A stretch of 46,040 nt of DNA from Pseudomonadota bacterium (GCA_043820105.1 JBDREC010000015.1:1-46040), one strand, 5' to 3'. Positions 18,995 through 28,062 are shown, numbered from the stretch's first letter. Notes: generated from the sequence alone by a model not told the origin. Numbers and translations are program-made.

Positions 18995-19399
18995 ATGAAA
19001 AATAGGAAAAACAATTCAAGTAAAATAAAGAAGAATTCAAAATCAAAATTAAAAAACAAAGGGCAAGTTAAGAAAACCATTAAATCTGGAGTTCCAAAGA
19101 ATAATAATCAAACCAATGATCAAATAAAAAAAGCAAAAGAATTATCTCCATTTGAACTTTGTATCAAAAAACATTCTTTGAGAACATTAATTAAAGCTAA
19201 ACTTAATTTGTCTTATGAAAAACTAAATTGCGATCAAATGAATGAACTATATGAAATTGTTCTTTCACAAATGGAACCACCACTTCTTGAAATGGTCCTT
19301 GAAAAATCTAATAAAAATCAAGTTAAAGCTGCTGAGGTTTTGGGGATTAACAGGAATACACTGCGCAAGAAAATTTTAAAATATAAAATTAAAATCTGA
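18995..19399 (+). CDS. fis: Fis-like HTH DNA-binding protein with basic N-terminal extension
   Basis: ELYEIVLSQMEPPLL...NQVKAAEVLGINRNTLRKK closely matches the Fis C-terminus; lies directly after dusB. Confidence 0.8.
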   Translation: MKNRKNNSSKIKKNSKSKLKNKGQVKKTIKSGVPKNNNQTNDQIKKAKELSPFELCIKKHSLRTLIKAKLNLSYEKLNCDQMNELYEIVLSQMEPPLLEMVLEKSNKNQVKAAEVLGINRNTLRKKILKYKIKI

Positions 19400-19420
19400 T
19401 GCTTTTTGGGTAAAATCTAA

Positions 19421-19458
19421 AATAATTAATAATCAATAATTAATAACTAATAATTAAT
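19421..19458. repeat. Heptamer array (AATAATT/AATAATC/AATAACT) x5
   Basis: Read directly; between convergent fis and skp. Confidence 0.8.
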
Positions 19459-19475
19459 TGGGAAAGAGAAAAAGA

Positions 19476-20009
19476 TTATTTATTTTTGTTTTTCTTGGCT
19501 TTCATTCTTTTGTTGAATTCGTCAATTACTGTTTGGGTTAAATCCATTGATGGAAGAGCAAATAAAATAGACTGGCTTTTTTCTAGAATGATTGTGTATT
19601 GTTCTTTTTTTGCAATTTCAGCAACAATTTGTGTTAACTCACTAATAATAGTGTTAATATACTGCATTTGAGAAGAATCAAGTTCCTTATTTGCTTCTTG
19701 GATTAGTTTTTGGAATTCTAATACTTTCAATTTATAATCTTCTTCTTTTGCTTTTCTTGCGTCCTCACTAAGAATTAAACTTTGAGTTTGTAATTCATCA
19801 TGTAATTTTTTTAAATCATCTTGTTTCTGTTTAATTAATTTTTCTTTATTTTTTTTGCTGCTTTCCAGATTTTGTTGAGCTTTTTTGCCTTCTTCAACAC
19901 TTGTAAGTGCTAACTGAAGATCAACATATCCAATCTTAAGATTTTCCGTTGCCATTAAAGAATAAGATAAAAATAAAAGACTTGTAACAATTAATGCATA
20001 TTTCTTCAC
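19476..20009 (-). CDS. skp: OmpH/Skp periplasmic chaperone
   Basis: Signal peptide, KIGYVDLQ, coiled-coil body, DLTQTVI; GTG start with AGGAG RBS. Confidence 0.92.
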   Translation of the reverse strand: MKKYALIVTSLLFLSYSLMATENLKIGYVDLQLALTSVEEGKKAQQNLESSKKNKEKLIKQKQDDLKKLHDELQTQSLILSEDARKAKEEDYKLKVLEFQKLIQEANKELDSSQMQYINTIISELTQIVAEIAKKEQYTIILEKSQSILFALPSMDLTQTVIDEFNKRMKAKKNKNK

Positions 20010-20145
20010 GAGAAATTCTCCTAAGTATATTCTTAATAATAAAGGAAGGTTTATTAACTAACTAATAAGTAGACGTCAACAATAGAATTTTAGAATTGAG
20101 AAGATCTAATCGAAAAAAGGTGAATGGAATATTTAATAGTTAGGA

Positions 20146-20230
20146 TTTAAGATTAAGAGTTAAGAGTTAAGATTAAGATTTAAGATTAAGAGTTAAGATT
20201 AAGATTTAAGACTTAAGATTTAAGAGTTAA
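20146..20230. repeat. Mixed 6/7-bp TTAAGA(N) array, about 13 units
   Basis: Read directly. Confidence 0.9.
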
Positions 20231-20292
20231 TATAAAGATAAAGATTATTTAAGTTTGAAGATCATGGAATAAAATTTATACTAAATGATTCT

Positions 20293-21135
20293 CTAATATG
20301 TTAAGCTAGATGAACCACCACCACGAATTTCTAGATATCTTGGTTTTTCGACTGGGAATAGGGGTTCTTGAGAACCAGTAACTGAGTGGATTGTGTCTTG
20401 TGGTATATCTATAACATCATTTTCTGTAGCACTATGTCTTCTTAGGGTCAGGCTCAATGTAGATATTCTCTGTGCAAGTGTAACTTGTTGAGCTTGTCTT
20501 GGTGTAAGAGCTAGAGTAATACTATTAGCACTTGAATTTTTGCTGTCTCCAGTTTGGCTTAAGGGATTTCCAACAAATTTAAAATCTCTGCCAACAGCTA
20601 ATACAAGAATATTTTGAAAGACTGTCCTTGCTCTAATATCCATTATTTTCATTGTTGATCTATCATTTTTATCTTCTGTTAGCTTTGTTGTTGTGTAATC
20701 ATAAATTGCGATTATATCAACTCTATTACCAGGTCTTGGAAGTCCTCCAACACCTGTGATATTGTTAACTGCAATAGTTACAGCTCTTTGACCAGGTGGA
20801 ATTCGAAGAGCAATAAACTTATCCTCAAGTTCTGATAATTTATTTTCAAGAATTTGTTCCCCTTGGGTAATATTAACATTGGCTAAATAGTTAATAGCTT
20901 GTTTAGGATCGCTAATTGATCCAGGTTGAACGAATTTCTTTGGAACATTTTCTATTGCTAACATTGATGAATCAATTCTTTCATTCATATTAATGTCTTT
21001 TGTTGCTACAACAACCTGCAATTTTTCATATGGTCCAATTACTTCACTTATTCTTTTATTAATGTATTTATGGCCAATAAACACCGCAAAACCAGCCATT
21101 AAGACTGCAATAATTAAAGCCCTTTTATTTTTCAA
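20293..21135 (-). CDS. cpaB: Flp/Tad pilus assembly protein CpaB
   Basis: N-terminal TM; SAF-like VVVATKDI; IPPGQRAVTI, GVGGLPRPGNRVDI, QNILVLAVG, LSLTLR. Confidence 0.9.
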   Translation of the reverse strand: MKNKRALIIAVLMAGFAVFIGHKYINKRISEVIGPYEKLQVVVATKDINMNERIDSSMLAIENVPKKFVQPGSISDPKQAINYLANVNITQGEQILENKLSELEDKFIALRIPPGQRAVTIAVNNITGVGGLPRPGNRVDIIAIYDYTTTKLTEDKNDRSTMKIMDIRARTVFQNILVLAVGRDFKFVGNPLSQTGDSKNSSANSITLALTPRQAQQVTLAQRISTLSLTLRRHSATENDVIDIPQDTIHSVTGSQEPLFPVEKPRYLEIRGGGSSSLTY

Positions 21136-21341
21136 AATAATAACCTTTTTATTTATTTTTATTAAGATTATTCTAATGTTAACTGAGCAAAAGTCAAATT
21201 AAAGTAGATAGAGATAGTGAATTTGTAAAGTTTTACGAAAAATGTAAAAATGGTGCAAAAAGCAAAGATTTGGAATTATAAAAATTAAGGAAAATACCAT
21301 AACATTTTAAAATAATAGTACAAATAAGGATTGCTAAATAA

Positions 21342-21357
21342 TGGCATAAAACTTGAA
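21342..21357 (+). promoter_or_regulatory. Sigma-54 promoter (variant -12 element)
   Basis: TGGCAT-AAAAC-TTGAA about 40 bp upstream of the lipoprotein ATG. Confidence 0.6.
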
Positions 21358-21398
21358 ATATTTAAAAGCAGATTTAAAAAATTTTCAAGGAGAAGAAA

Positions 21399-22367
21399 AT
21401 GAAGAAAAATCTATTATGTATCATTCTAATAATAATTCTTTCAGGATTTATAATGACCCTTCTAGTTTCATGTAAAGGTGAAAGTGAAGTGTTATATAAC
21501 CTTGAAGATCCGACTATTGATGTTCCAGGTGATGGAGATGGCGACGGTGACGGAGACGGCGATGGTGATGGAAACGGCGATGGCGATGGAGATGGCGATG
21601 GCGATGGCGATGGAGACGGTGATGGTGATGGGGACGGCGATGGAGACGGTGACGGTGACGGTGACGGTGACGGTGTTGGTGGTGTTTTCGATCCAAGTTT
21701 AAGATTTCCTACTGTACCTTCGTCAGGTGATGGAGGTGCTGCCGGTGACGGTGATGGCGATGGAGACGGTGATACAGCATTTGTTCCTGGTGATTTAGCA
21801 CCAAGAAATCCAGATGATTACAGTTATGATGGGGAATTATATTCTTCTCCAAATCATGTCTCTGCTTGTAAGTCTAACTCAGATTCATTTATTGATTTTT
21901 TTTCTACATATGGCGCAGGTTCTTCTAATCCTGGTTATAGTAAGGGCTATTTGGCAACAAAAATTAGTTTTACACAATCAGCAGAAATTTCAACAGTAGC
22001 ATATCTTATAAGTGTTGAGAGAGTTAATGCTTTATCTGCAAGTAAGTTTAAATACTATTTAATTAATGCATATACAGCTGATGAGTGGATTAATGTTTAT
22101 TCTACAGCTTCAGACAATGAAGATGCTAGTGACTTTTTGATAAATGATTTTAGTTATGGTGATGGTCTATATTATTGTGATTACTCCACAAGTAGAATTG
22201 ATTGCTATTTTGATGATCAACAGTTTGATTCTGAAAATGATTCTACTTTAAATGATGATTTAGCAATAGTAAAGATTGCTGCTTTTGACTTATCTTACTA
22301 TAGCATTGTTAGTGAATATTCATCCGAAACTAGTGAATTCACTCCTTATTCTCTGGATCCTTGTTAA
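21399..22367 (+). CDS. Acidic lipoprotein with long Gly-Asp repeat
   Basis: AAGGAG RBS; lipobox LVSC; about 24 GD dipeptides plus a second short GD run. Confidence 0.85.
   Translation: MKKNLLCIILIIILSGFIMTLLVSCKGESEVLYNLEDPTIDVPGDGDGDGDGDGDGDGNGDGDGDGDGDGDGDGDGDGDGDGDGDGDGDGDGVGGVFDPSLRFPTVPSSGDGGAAGDGDGDGDGDTAFVPGDLAPRNPDDYSYDGELYSSPNHVSACKSNSDSFIDFFSTYGAGSSNPGYSKGYLATKISFTQSAEISTVAYLISVERVNALSASKFKYYLINAYTADEWINVYSTASDNEDASDFLINDFSYGDGLYYCDYSTSRIDCYFDDQQFDSENDSTLNDDLAIVKIAAFDLSYYSIVSEYSSETSEFTPYSLDPC
21528..21671 (+). repeat. Coding (GGN GAY)n Gly-Asp repeat
   Basis: Synonymously diverged hexamer codon repeat. Confidence 0.9.
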
Positions 22368-22695
22368 CATTTACAAATTATCAGTTCATTTTCGAGATGA
22401 TGAAGTTGTTTTGGATTCAGAAGTATCTGTTGTGACTAAAGAAGCAATGGAAGAATTTCTTGAAACCCTGCAACCATATGTTGATGCAGGTGAAGTTATT
22501 TATGTCAATTTTCAACAAGCAGCAACTATTTGGAAAGAAGAATATAATGAAGTTAAAAATCAACTGTCTCTTGAAAGTTTCTCAATGTATGAAGATGTAT
22601 TAGGGCAAGCTCGGAAGTATTGTAATACAAAAAAGAGTGATTTTCCTTTTGACCTTGCTGATGTTTTTAATCCGGGGATTATGATTAAGGATTAA
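22368..22695 (+). pseudogene. Headless coding fragment (C-terminal remnant of an unknown protein)
   Basis: Protein-like sequence (IYKLSVHFRDDE...YVNFQQAATIWKEEY) starts right after the upstream stop; the TTG at 22276 lies inside the upstream gene and has no RBS. Confidence 0.45.
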
Positions 22696-22698
22696 TAA

Positions 22699-23172
22699 TT
22701 ATTTGCAGCCAATATTAATGATAAAAGCGCTAATTTCTTTTAATATATTATCTTTATTTCCTTCCCATTTTAAAGCCATATCTCTAACCCGCGATTTATC
22801 AAGGTTAAATACATAAGAACTTTTAAATACATGCCTGAAAGCCCTGAATTCATTAACTATCGAAAAAATATCGATGCTTAATACTGAGGGTCTAATTTTA
22901 GGAACTTCAATTCTCATTCTTTCAAGGAGTTCTTTATGCCATGAAGCAGGATTTTCAATTCTGTTTTCAAATACCTTTGCTATTTTTGAGAAGATGTCTT
23001 CAAGGCAAGAATATATACTACTTAAATGATAGGCTGCTGTAACTAAATGCTCATGTTTATCAATCTGTTTTACATTTACTCCCAATTTCTTATCAAGTTC
23101 ATTTAACTGTTTCATTAAAAAGTCGATTTCCCCTTTCAGGGTTTGAAGGACTGTTTCTTCAACTTTTTTCAT
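22699..23172 (-). CDS. HEPN (HepT-like) toxin-family protein
   Basis: YSCLEDIF, WHKELL..M, RPSVLS, FRAFRH; overlaps the MNT gene. Confidence 0.85.
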   Translation of the reverse strand: MKKVEETVLQTLKGEIDFLMKQLNELDKKLGVNVKQIDKHEHLVTAAYHLSSIYSCLEDIFSKIAKVFENRIENPASWHKELLERMRIEVPKIRPSVLSIDIFSIVNEFRAFRHVFKSSYVFNLDKSRVRDMALKWEGNKDNILKEISAFIINIGCK

Positions 23173-23533
23173 ATATGATTATCCTATTTTTAATTAATTT
23201 ATTCAGGTTATCCTTTTTTACTTCTTCTAATCTAATGAAGTCAACTTTCATATTCAGCTTGTCTTCCCAGAATAGCAAAGCTTTAAAATAATCATTTTTA
23301 TCTAGTCCTCTTGTTGCTATGTCTACATCAGAGTCTAAGGAAAAAAATTCTTTTTGAGCAATAGAACCAACTAAATAAAGAGATTTGATAGATTTAAAAT
23401 TATTTTTAAACTCATTTAAATGGTCTTTTACAAGGGTAATAATGTTATCTCTTTTATTCCATTTTTCCTTTTCCTTGGATTCTACAAACTTCTTTAATGA
23501 AAGCTTGGCATTGTTTTTCATTATTTCTTTCAA
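23159..23533 (-). CDS. Minimal nucleotidyltransferase (MNT/MntA-like antitoxin)
   Basis: LYLVGSIA...DSDVDIA and KVDFI motifs. Confidence 0.88.
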   Translation of the reverse strand: MKEIMKNNAKLSLKKFVESKEKEKWNKRDNIITLVKDHLNEFKNNFKSIKSLYLVGSIAQKEFFSLDSDVDIATRGLDKNDYFKALLFWEDKLNMKVDFIRLEEVKKDNLNKLIKNRIIIYEKS

Positions 23534-24110
23534 TTAATATATAATTATTCTTTTTTCATTATTTATATTAGTTCTAAGTTGTCATTCATGTCAAGTGTGA
23601 GTTTTTTTAAGTCAGAACTCAGAATCTGGCATAAAATCTTATTGAATTCAAGCCATCTTAATAAAATATATTTCATTAAATGAGACATTTATATCCAAGC
23701 AAATCTTTATAAACTTCAATTAAAATTAAAATTCTATGATTAACTTTGTGATAAGTCCCCTTAAGCCTAGACAAATTAGGAATTCGCTAAAAATGGTATA
23801 GAAATTGCTGTACTTGGAATCGAGGCTGTTGAGGAAATCATAAGCCATTGATCTTTGATAAGAAAAAAGAATTTGTTATGAAAGGAATCGTTATGTTGGA
23901 AGTATCCTTAAGTTTGGGTGAAGGATTGAGATTAAGATTAGGATTAGTGCCTAAATCATCATCTGCTTCACCACCTGATGATCCATAAGAAGTTAAACAA
24001 GAAATAAAATATAGCCAAAGCTCAAAGCTTCTTTCCTTGACAATCATTGATATTTTTTAAAATATCTTGCCCATATAATTGAAATGTGAGAATTTAAAGG
24101 AGAATTGAAC

Positions 24111-24332
24111 GTGGAAGGCAAATGTAAAATAAAAAAATGTAAAAGAGAGCTTAAGGCAAAAGGGTATTGTGCGGTTCACTATACAAAATGGAGACAGGGT
24201 GAATATGGTAAAACAAGATATAAACCTTGCTCTGAAGAAGGATGTACCAAAAGAAGAGCTATGGGTAACAAATGTGAAGCCCATTTAAAGAAAAATGGAG
24301 ATGCTTCAGAAGAAACAAAAACTGAAGGGTGA
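24111..24332 (+). CDS. Small protein with two CCCH zinc-finger-like repeats (resembles myxobacterial 'vegetative protein' family)
   Basis: GTG at 24111 after AAAGGAG; two Cx4C...CxxH units (CKIKKC..KGYCAVH; CSEEGC..NKCEAH). Confidence 0.75.
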   Translation: MEGKCKIKKCKRELKAKGYCAVHYTKWRQGEYGKTRYKPCSEEGCTKRRAMGNKCEAHLKKNGDASEETKTEG

Positions 24333-24342
24333 TTAAAATTTT

Positions 24343-24903
24343 ATGATTAATTATAGCAAAGATAAATTAGACGATAATATTATCATAATATGTAGATATT
24401 GTGATATGCAAAACCCTGTTTATAGACATAAATGCACTTTATGCGGTAGAAATTTATCAGGAAAGATCGACATTATTGATAGAAGATCATTAATTATTGA
24501 TAATAAAGAAGTTGAGCTGCAAATGCATGGGAAAGAAGCTCTTAAAAGAGCAAAGCAACCCAGAAGAAAATCACCGAGGTTATCACTTACAATTTTTCCA
24601 GGAGAACTTGAGGTCACAGCAGGTACAAATAAAGGTTTAAAGGACAAAAATATTACTGTGCTTGATTTAAGTAGAGAAGGAATGTTGTTTAAATCTAAGC
24701 TAAATTTATCAAAAAACACTAAGGTTAAAATCAGATTCAAGCTACCATCTCAAGATGAACAGGTTGAAGTTGTAAGCAAGGTATTTAGATCCATGAAAAT
24801 TCCTGGCTTAATTGGAAAAAATGGACTTGTCGTTTTATTTAGTGATGTTGATACGGAAATTAAAAATAAAATTTTTGCATATATTGAAGAACATATCAGC
24901 TAA
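24343..24903 (+). CDS. Zinc-ribbon plus PilZ domain protein
   Basis: CRYC..N...CTLCG ribbon; PilZ motifs RRKSPR and DLSREG. Confidence 0.85.
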   Translation: MINYSKDKLDDNIIIICRYCDMQNPVYRHKCTLCGRNLSGKIDIIDRRSLIIDNKEVELQMHGKEALKRAKQPRRKSPRLSLTIFPGELEVTAGTNKGLKDKNITVLDLSREGMLFKSKLNLSKNTKVKIRFKLPSQDEQVEVVSKVFRSMKIPGLIGKNGLVVLFSDVDTEIKNKIFAYIEEHIS

Positions 24904-24923
24904 ATTCAATAAAGATAATTAAT

Positions 24924-25826
24924 ATGAAGTCAGATATTTTTGATCACCTGGATAGTTTCTTGCTTTGGCTTCAAGTTGAAAAATCAATTTCATCAAATAG
25001 TATTCAATCATACTCAAGTGATCTGGTTTTATTTTTATCTTTTTTAAATGAAACCTTTAAAATAAAAAATCCTGCAAAAGTTGAAAAAATGCATTTTGTA
25101 AAATATTTAAAACACCTGTTTGATAACTCTTATAAAACCTCATCAGTCACAAGGAAGTTTTCAGCTATAAGAAGTTTTTTTAAGTTTTTGCTTATGGAAA
25201 AAATAATCAAAGTAAATCCAATTTCAGAACTTCCTTTTCCCAAAAGACACCATAAGATTCCCTATACTTTATCAATTGATAGTGTAAATCAATTATTGAA
25301 CTTCGAAGGTTTGACTGAGCCCTATGATATTAGAAATGAAACAATGATCTTACTTTTATATTCAACAGGCTTACGAGTATCAGAACTAGTGTCATTAAAA
25401 TTAACCAATATTGATTTTAATGCTTCTATATTAAGAATAATTGGTAAAGGGGATAAGGAAAGAATTGTTCCTATTGGGAGTCAAGCTTTTAATAAATTAG
25501 AATATTATATAAAATATACTAGAGATAGTTTTATAAAGGAAAGAAAAACAAATTTTGTCTTCCTCACAAAAAGGGGAAGAAGCATGACCAGGCAAAGCTT
25601 TTGGAATATTATTAAAAAGCGTTTGCTGGCATGTAATCTTTCAAATAAGGTTTCACCACATACTCTAAGGCATTCTTTTGCCACTCACATGCTGCAAAAT
25701 GGAGCTGATCTTAGAATTATTCAAGAACTTTTAGGGCATAGCGACATATCAACAACACAAATATATACTCATGTTGATAAAGAAAAATTAAAAAGTATAT
25801 ATGGAAATGCTCATCCAAGAGCTTAG
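24924..25826 (+). CDS. xerD: Site-specific tyrosine recombinase XerD
   Basis: LLYSTGLRVSEL, GKGDKERIVP, MTRQSFW, SPHTLRHSFATH, LLGHSDISTTQIYTHV. Confidence 0.92.
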   Translation: MKSDIFDHLDSFLLWLQVEKSISSNSIQSYSSDLVLFLSFLNETFKIKNPAKVEKMHFVKYLKHLFDNSYKTSSVTRKFSAIRSFFKFLLMEKIIKVNPISELPFPKRHHKIPYTLSIDSVNQLLNFEGLTEPYDIRNETMILLLYSTGLRVSELVSLKLTNIDFNASILRIIGKGDKERIVPIGSQAFNKLEYYIKYTRDSFIKERKTNFVFLTKRGRSMTRQSFWNIIKKRLLACNLSNKVSPHTLRHSFATHMLQNGADLRIIQELLGHSDISTTQIYTHVDKEKLKSIYGNAHPRA

Positions 25827-25832
25827 CAGGAT

Positions 25833-26807
25833 TTATCTGGTTTTGCGTTTTTTGGCAACATATCCATTGGCTTTTTTTGCTACTGGTTTCTTTTTTGTCA
25901 CTTTTTTAGTTGCAGCTTTTTTAGTAGGTTTTTTGGCTTCATATGTTTTTGCTTTATTCGTTAGTTTTTCTGTTTTTGAAGCACTTGTCTTTTTCGTAGT
26001 TTTAAGTTTTGGTTCATCTGTCTTATCAGTTTCTGTTTTCTTTGCTTTTTTGCTTTGGTTAATAAGTTTATCTTTAGATGAAGCTCTGACTTTTGGTTCT
26101 TTTGCTCCTAGCTCAAGTAATTTTAGATACATTGGAGCTCTTTTATTTTCGGGATCTTTTGATAAAACTTCTTCCCATTCTGTTCTGGCTTTATCGTATT
26201 TCCCTTGTGAGTAATATGCTATTCCAAGGTTGATATTTAAAGATGGATAAAATTTCCCGATTTTTTTAGCATCAATATATTCTTTGATAGCTTTTTCAAG
26301 GTTTCCCTGTTCTTTAAAAGTATCAGCTAGCTTTGTTTTAATATCAACAAAAGTAGGTCTAATAATTAGAGCCTTCTTAAATTCATTAATCGCCTCATCA
26401 TGCAGGGAAATACTTTTATAAACTTCACCTAATTCATAATGAAGATTAGCCAGTTTTCCTTTTACAAAGGGATCAATTTCGCCAGGATCAATATCAGAAG
26501 CTTTTTTAGCTTTGGCATAAACTTCTTTTGCTTCTTTATATTTTCCCAGATCATTATAAACAACAGATAGGTTCAATGAAGCTTCAGTATAATTTGGATT
26601 AAGTTCCAAGGCTTTTTCAAAGGCTTTATGGGCCATTCCATATTTACCTTTTTCGTGATATATAAGACCTAATAAATTAAAGATATCAGGAAATTTGGCT
26701 TTTTTCTTGATAACTTGTTTAAAGTATTTTTCTGCTTTTTCATAATGTCGATTATCAAATGCCTCTTTACCAATTTTAATTAATTTTTTAATTTCTAAAT
26801 TCATCAA
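25833..26807 (-). CDS. TPR-repeat protein with Lys/Ala/Thr-rich C-terminal tail
   Basis: Several TPR motifs (NLLGLIY, ALELNPNY, LGIAYY); ~85-aa basic low-complexity tail. Confidence 0.88.
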   Translation of the reverse strand: MMNLEIKKLIKIGKEAFDNRHYEKAEKYFKQVIKKKAKFPDIFNLLGLIYHEKGKYGMAHKAFEKALELNPNYTEASLNLSVVYNDLGKYKEAKEVYAKAKKASDIDPGEIDPFVKGKLANLHYELGEVYKSISLHDEAINEFKKALIIRPTFVDIKTKLADTFKEQGNLEKAIKEYIDAKKIGKFYPSLNINLGIAYYSQGKYDKARTEWEEVLSKDPENKRAPMYLKLLELGAKEPKVRASSKDKLINQSKKAKKTETDKTDEPKLKTTKKTSASKTEKLTNKAKTYEAKKPTKKAATKKVTKKKPVAKKANGYVAKKRKTR

Positions 26808-26824
26808 TTGCCCTCTTTAATTAT

Positions 26825-26852
26825 GTTGCTGGTTGCTGGTTGCTGGTTGCTG
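26825..26852. repeat. Heptamer array (GTTGCTG) x4
   Basis: Read directly; immediately 5' of the TPR gene RBS. Confidence 0.95.
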
Positions 26853-26878
26853 TTGGGAGATTGTGGTAAATTAAAACC

Positions 26879-26909
26879 CTACAAGCTACAAGCTACAAGC
26901 TACAAGCTA
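26879..26909. repeat. Heptamer array (CTACAAG) x4
   Basis: Read directly; downstream of bamD. Confidence 0.95.
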
Positions 26910-26949
26910 ATTATTTTAATAAATGTTGTACTATAAATAACTATTATTC

Positions 26950-27717
26950 TTAAAGTTTCAAGATATTTTTTATTTTTTTATAATATTTTCCATCTGGGTA
27001 TTTATTTAAATATAGCTTTAGAACTTGCTCTGATGCATCAGTTTCCCCTAATTTCTTATAACAAATACCAATTTTATAATAAAGCTCTTCTTGAAAGCTA
27101 AGGTCTTCGTAATTTGAGATGGCTTCTTTATAGCGATTTAAGGCTGCCTGCCAATTATCTCTTTTAAAATAAAAATTTCCAATATATATAATTCTATCAC
27201 CCAGTCTTTTGTGGATTTCTGCTATGACTTCTTTGGTATTATCCATATATTCAAAAGAGGGATACCTTTCTTTTAGCCTTTTCAGTTGCTCAAGTGCTTT
27301 TTTTAGGCTCGTTTGATCTCTGTCTATGGCCTTAGGAGAGTCATTATAATAAGAAAGTCCAGTTTTATAGATAGCTAAGGCTACATGCTCATTTGTTGGA
27401 TGCAGTTTCTCGAAATTCTGAAAAGCAGCTATGGCTTCAATCCATTCTGATTTTTCATAATAACAAATAGCTATTTTTAGCTCAGTTTCAGTCAAATACT
27501 TGCTTGCTGGATATTTTGTTTTTAATATTTTAAACTTCATCAAAGCATCATCAAAATCCTTCTTTTCAAACAAGATAGTTGCCTCTGAAAATAATTCTGC
27601 ATCTGTCTTAGATTCATCAGGAACTTTTTTCACACAGCTTGTATTGGAAAGTATTATAATTAATAGAATAATTATTGCTGATAGCTGATAGCTGATAGCT
27701 GATAGCTTAATCTTCAT
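26950..27717 (-). CDS. bamD: Outer membrane protein assembly factor BamD
   Basis: Lipoprotein signal (NTSC); YPAS, FEKLHP, YKTGLSYY, DRDQT, IGNFY, AALNRY. Confidence 0.9.
   Translation of the reverse strand: MKIKLSAISYQLSAIIILLIIILSNTSCVKKVPDESKTDAELFSEATILFEKKDFDDALMKFKILKTKYPASKYLTETELKIAICYYEKSEWIEAIAAFQNFEKLHPTNEHVALAIYKTGLSYYNDSPKAIDRDQTSLKKALEQLKRLKERYPSFEYMDNTKEVIAEIHKRLGDRIIYIGNFYFKRDNWQAALNRYKEAISNYEDLSFQEELYYKIGICYKKLGETDASEQVLKLYLNKYPDGKYYKKIKNILKL
27677..27707. repeat. Heptamer array (GCTGATA) x4.4 inside the bamD signal-peptide coding region
   Basis: Read directly; encodes LSAISYQLSA. Confidence 0.95.
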
Positions 27718-28060
27718 TTTTCTTCCTTTTAATTTTAATATTAGCTTTTATATCAAGTTCTAAGTTTGCAAAAGCTTTAGTAAGCTCTTTTGATAAGCTA
27801 ATTTTACCAAAGTTTTTAGTAATTTCACCTATTAATCTGATGAAAATTTCTTCTTTCTTTCCCTTTGCTTCAGATATTATATTTGAAGCAGTTTCCTTGG
27901 GCAGCTTTAATTCAGAAATTATATTTTTAATATTGTCTTCTGTAAAAAATGCAAGCTCAAAACCGGTTTGTACTGCCTTTCTTAAAAAATCTGGAAGAAT
28001 AGGTTCTGGCTTTGATTTGTTAGTTTTAGTAATAGTTTTTTTGGTGGTTTTTTTTCTCAT
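27707..28060 (-). CDS. Hypothetical protein (phasin-like N-terminal helix)
   Basis: 117 aa, ILPDFLRKAVQTG..FFTE..ELKLPKE; closely packed with neighbours. Confidence 0.7.
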   Translation of the reverse strand: MRKKTTKKTITKTNKSKPEPILPDFLRKAVQTGFELAFFTEDNIKNIISELKLPKETASNIISEAKGKKEEIFIRLIGEITKNFGKISLSKELTKAFANLELDIKANIKIKRKKNED

Positions 28061-28062
28061 TT

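Noticed and set aside
21514-21696. His/Arg-rich ORF on the minus strand and the Met-rich 21478..21702 ORF
   Set aside because: Alternative-frame shadows of the Gly-Asp codon repeat.
24924-25826. Tyrosine recombinase as a phage or island integrase
   Set aside because: Motifs (MTRQSFW, SPHTLRHSFATH, TTQIYTHV) and length match housekeeping XerD; no att site or tRNA nearby.
25801-26214. Hydrophobic 137-aa + strand ORF
   Set aside because: Antisense shadow of the Lys-rich TPR tail.
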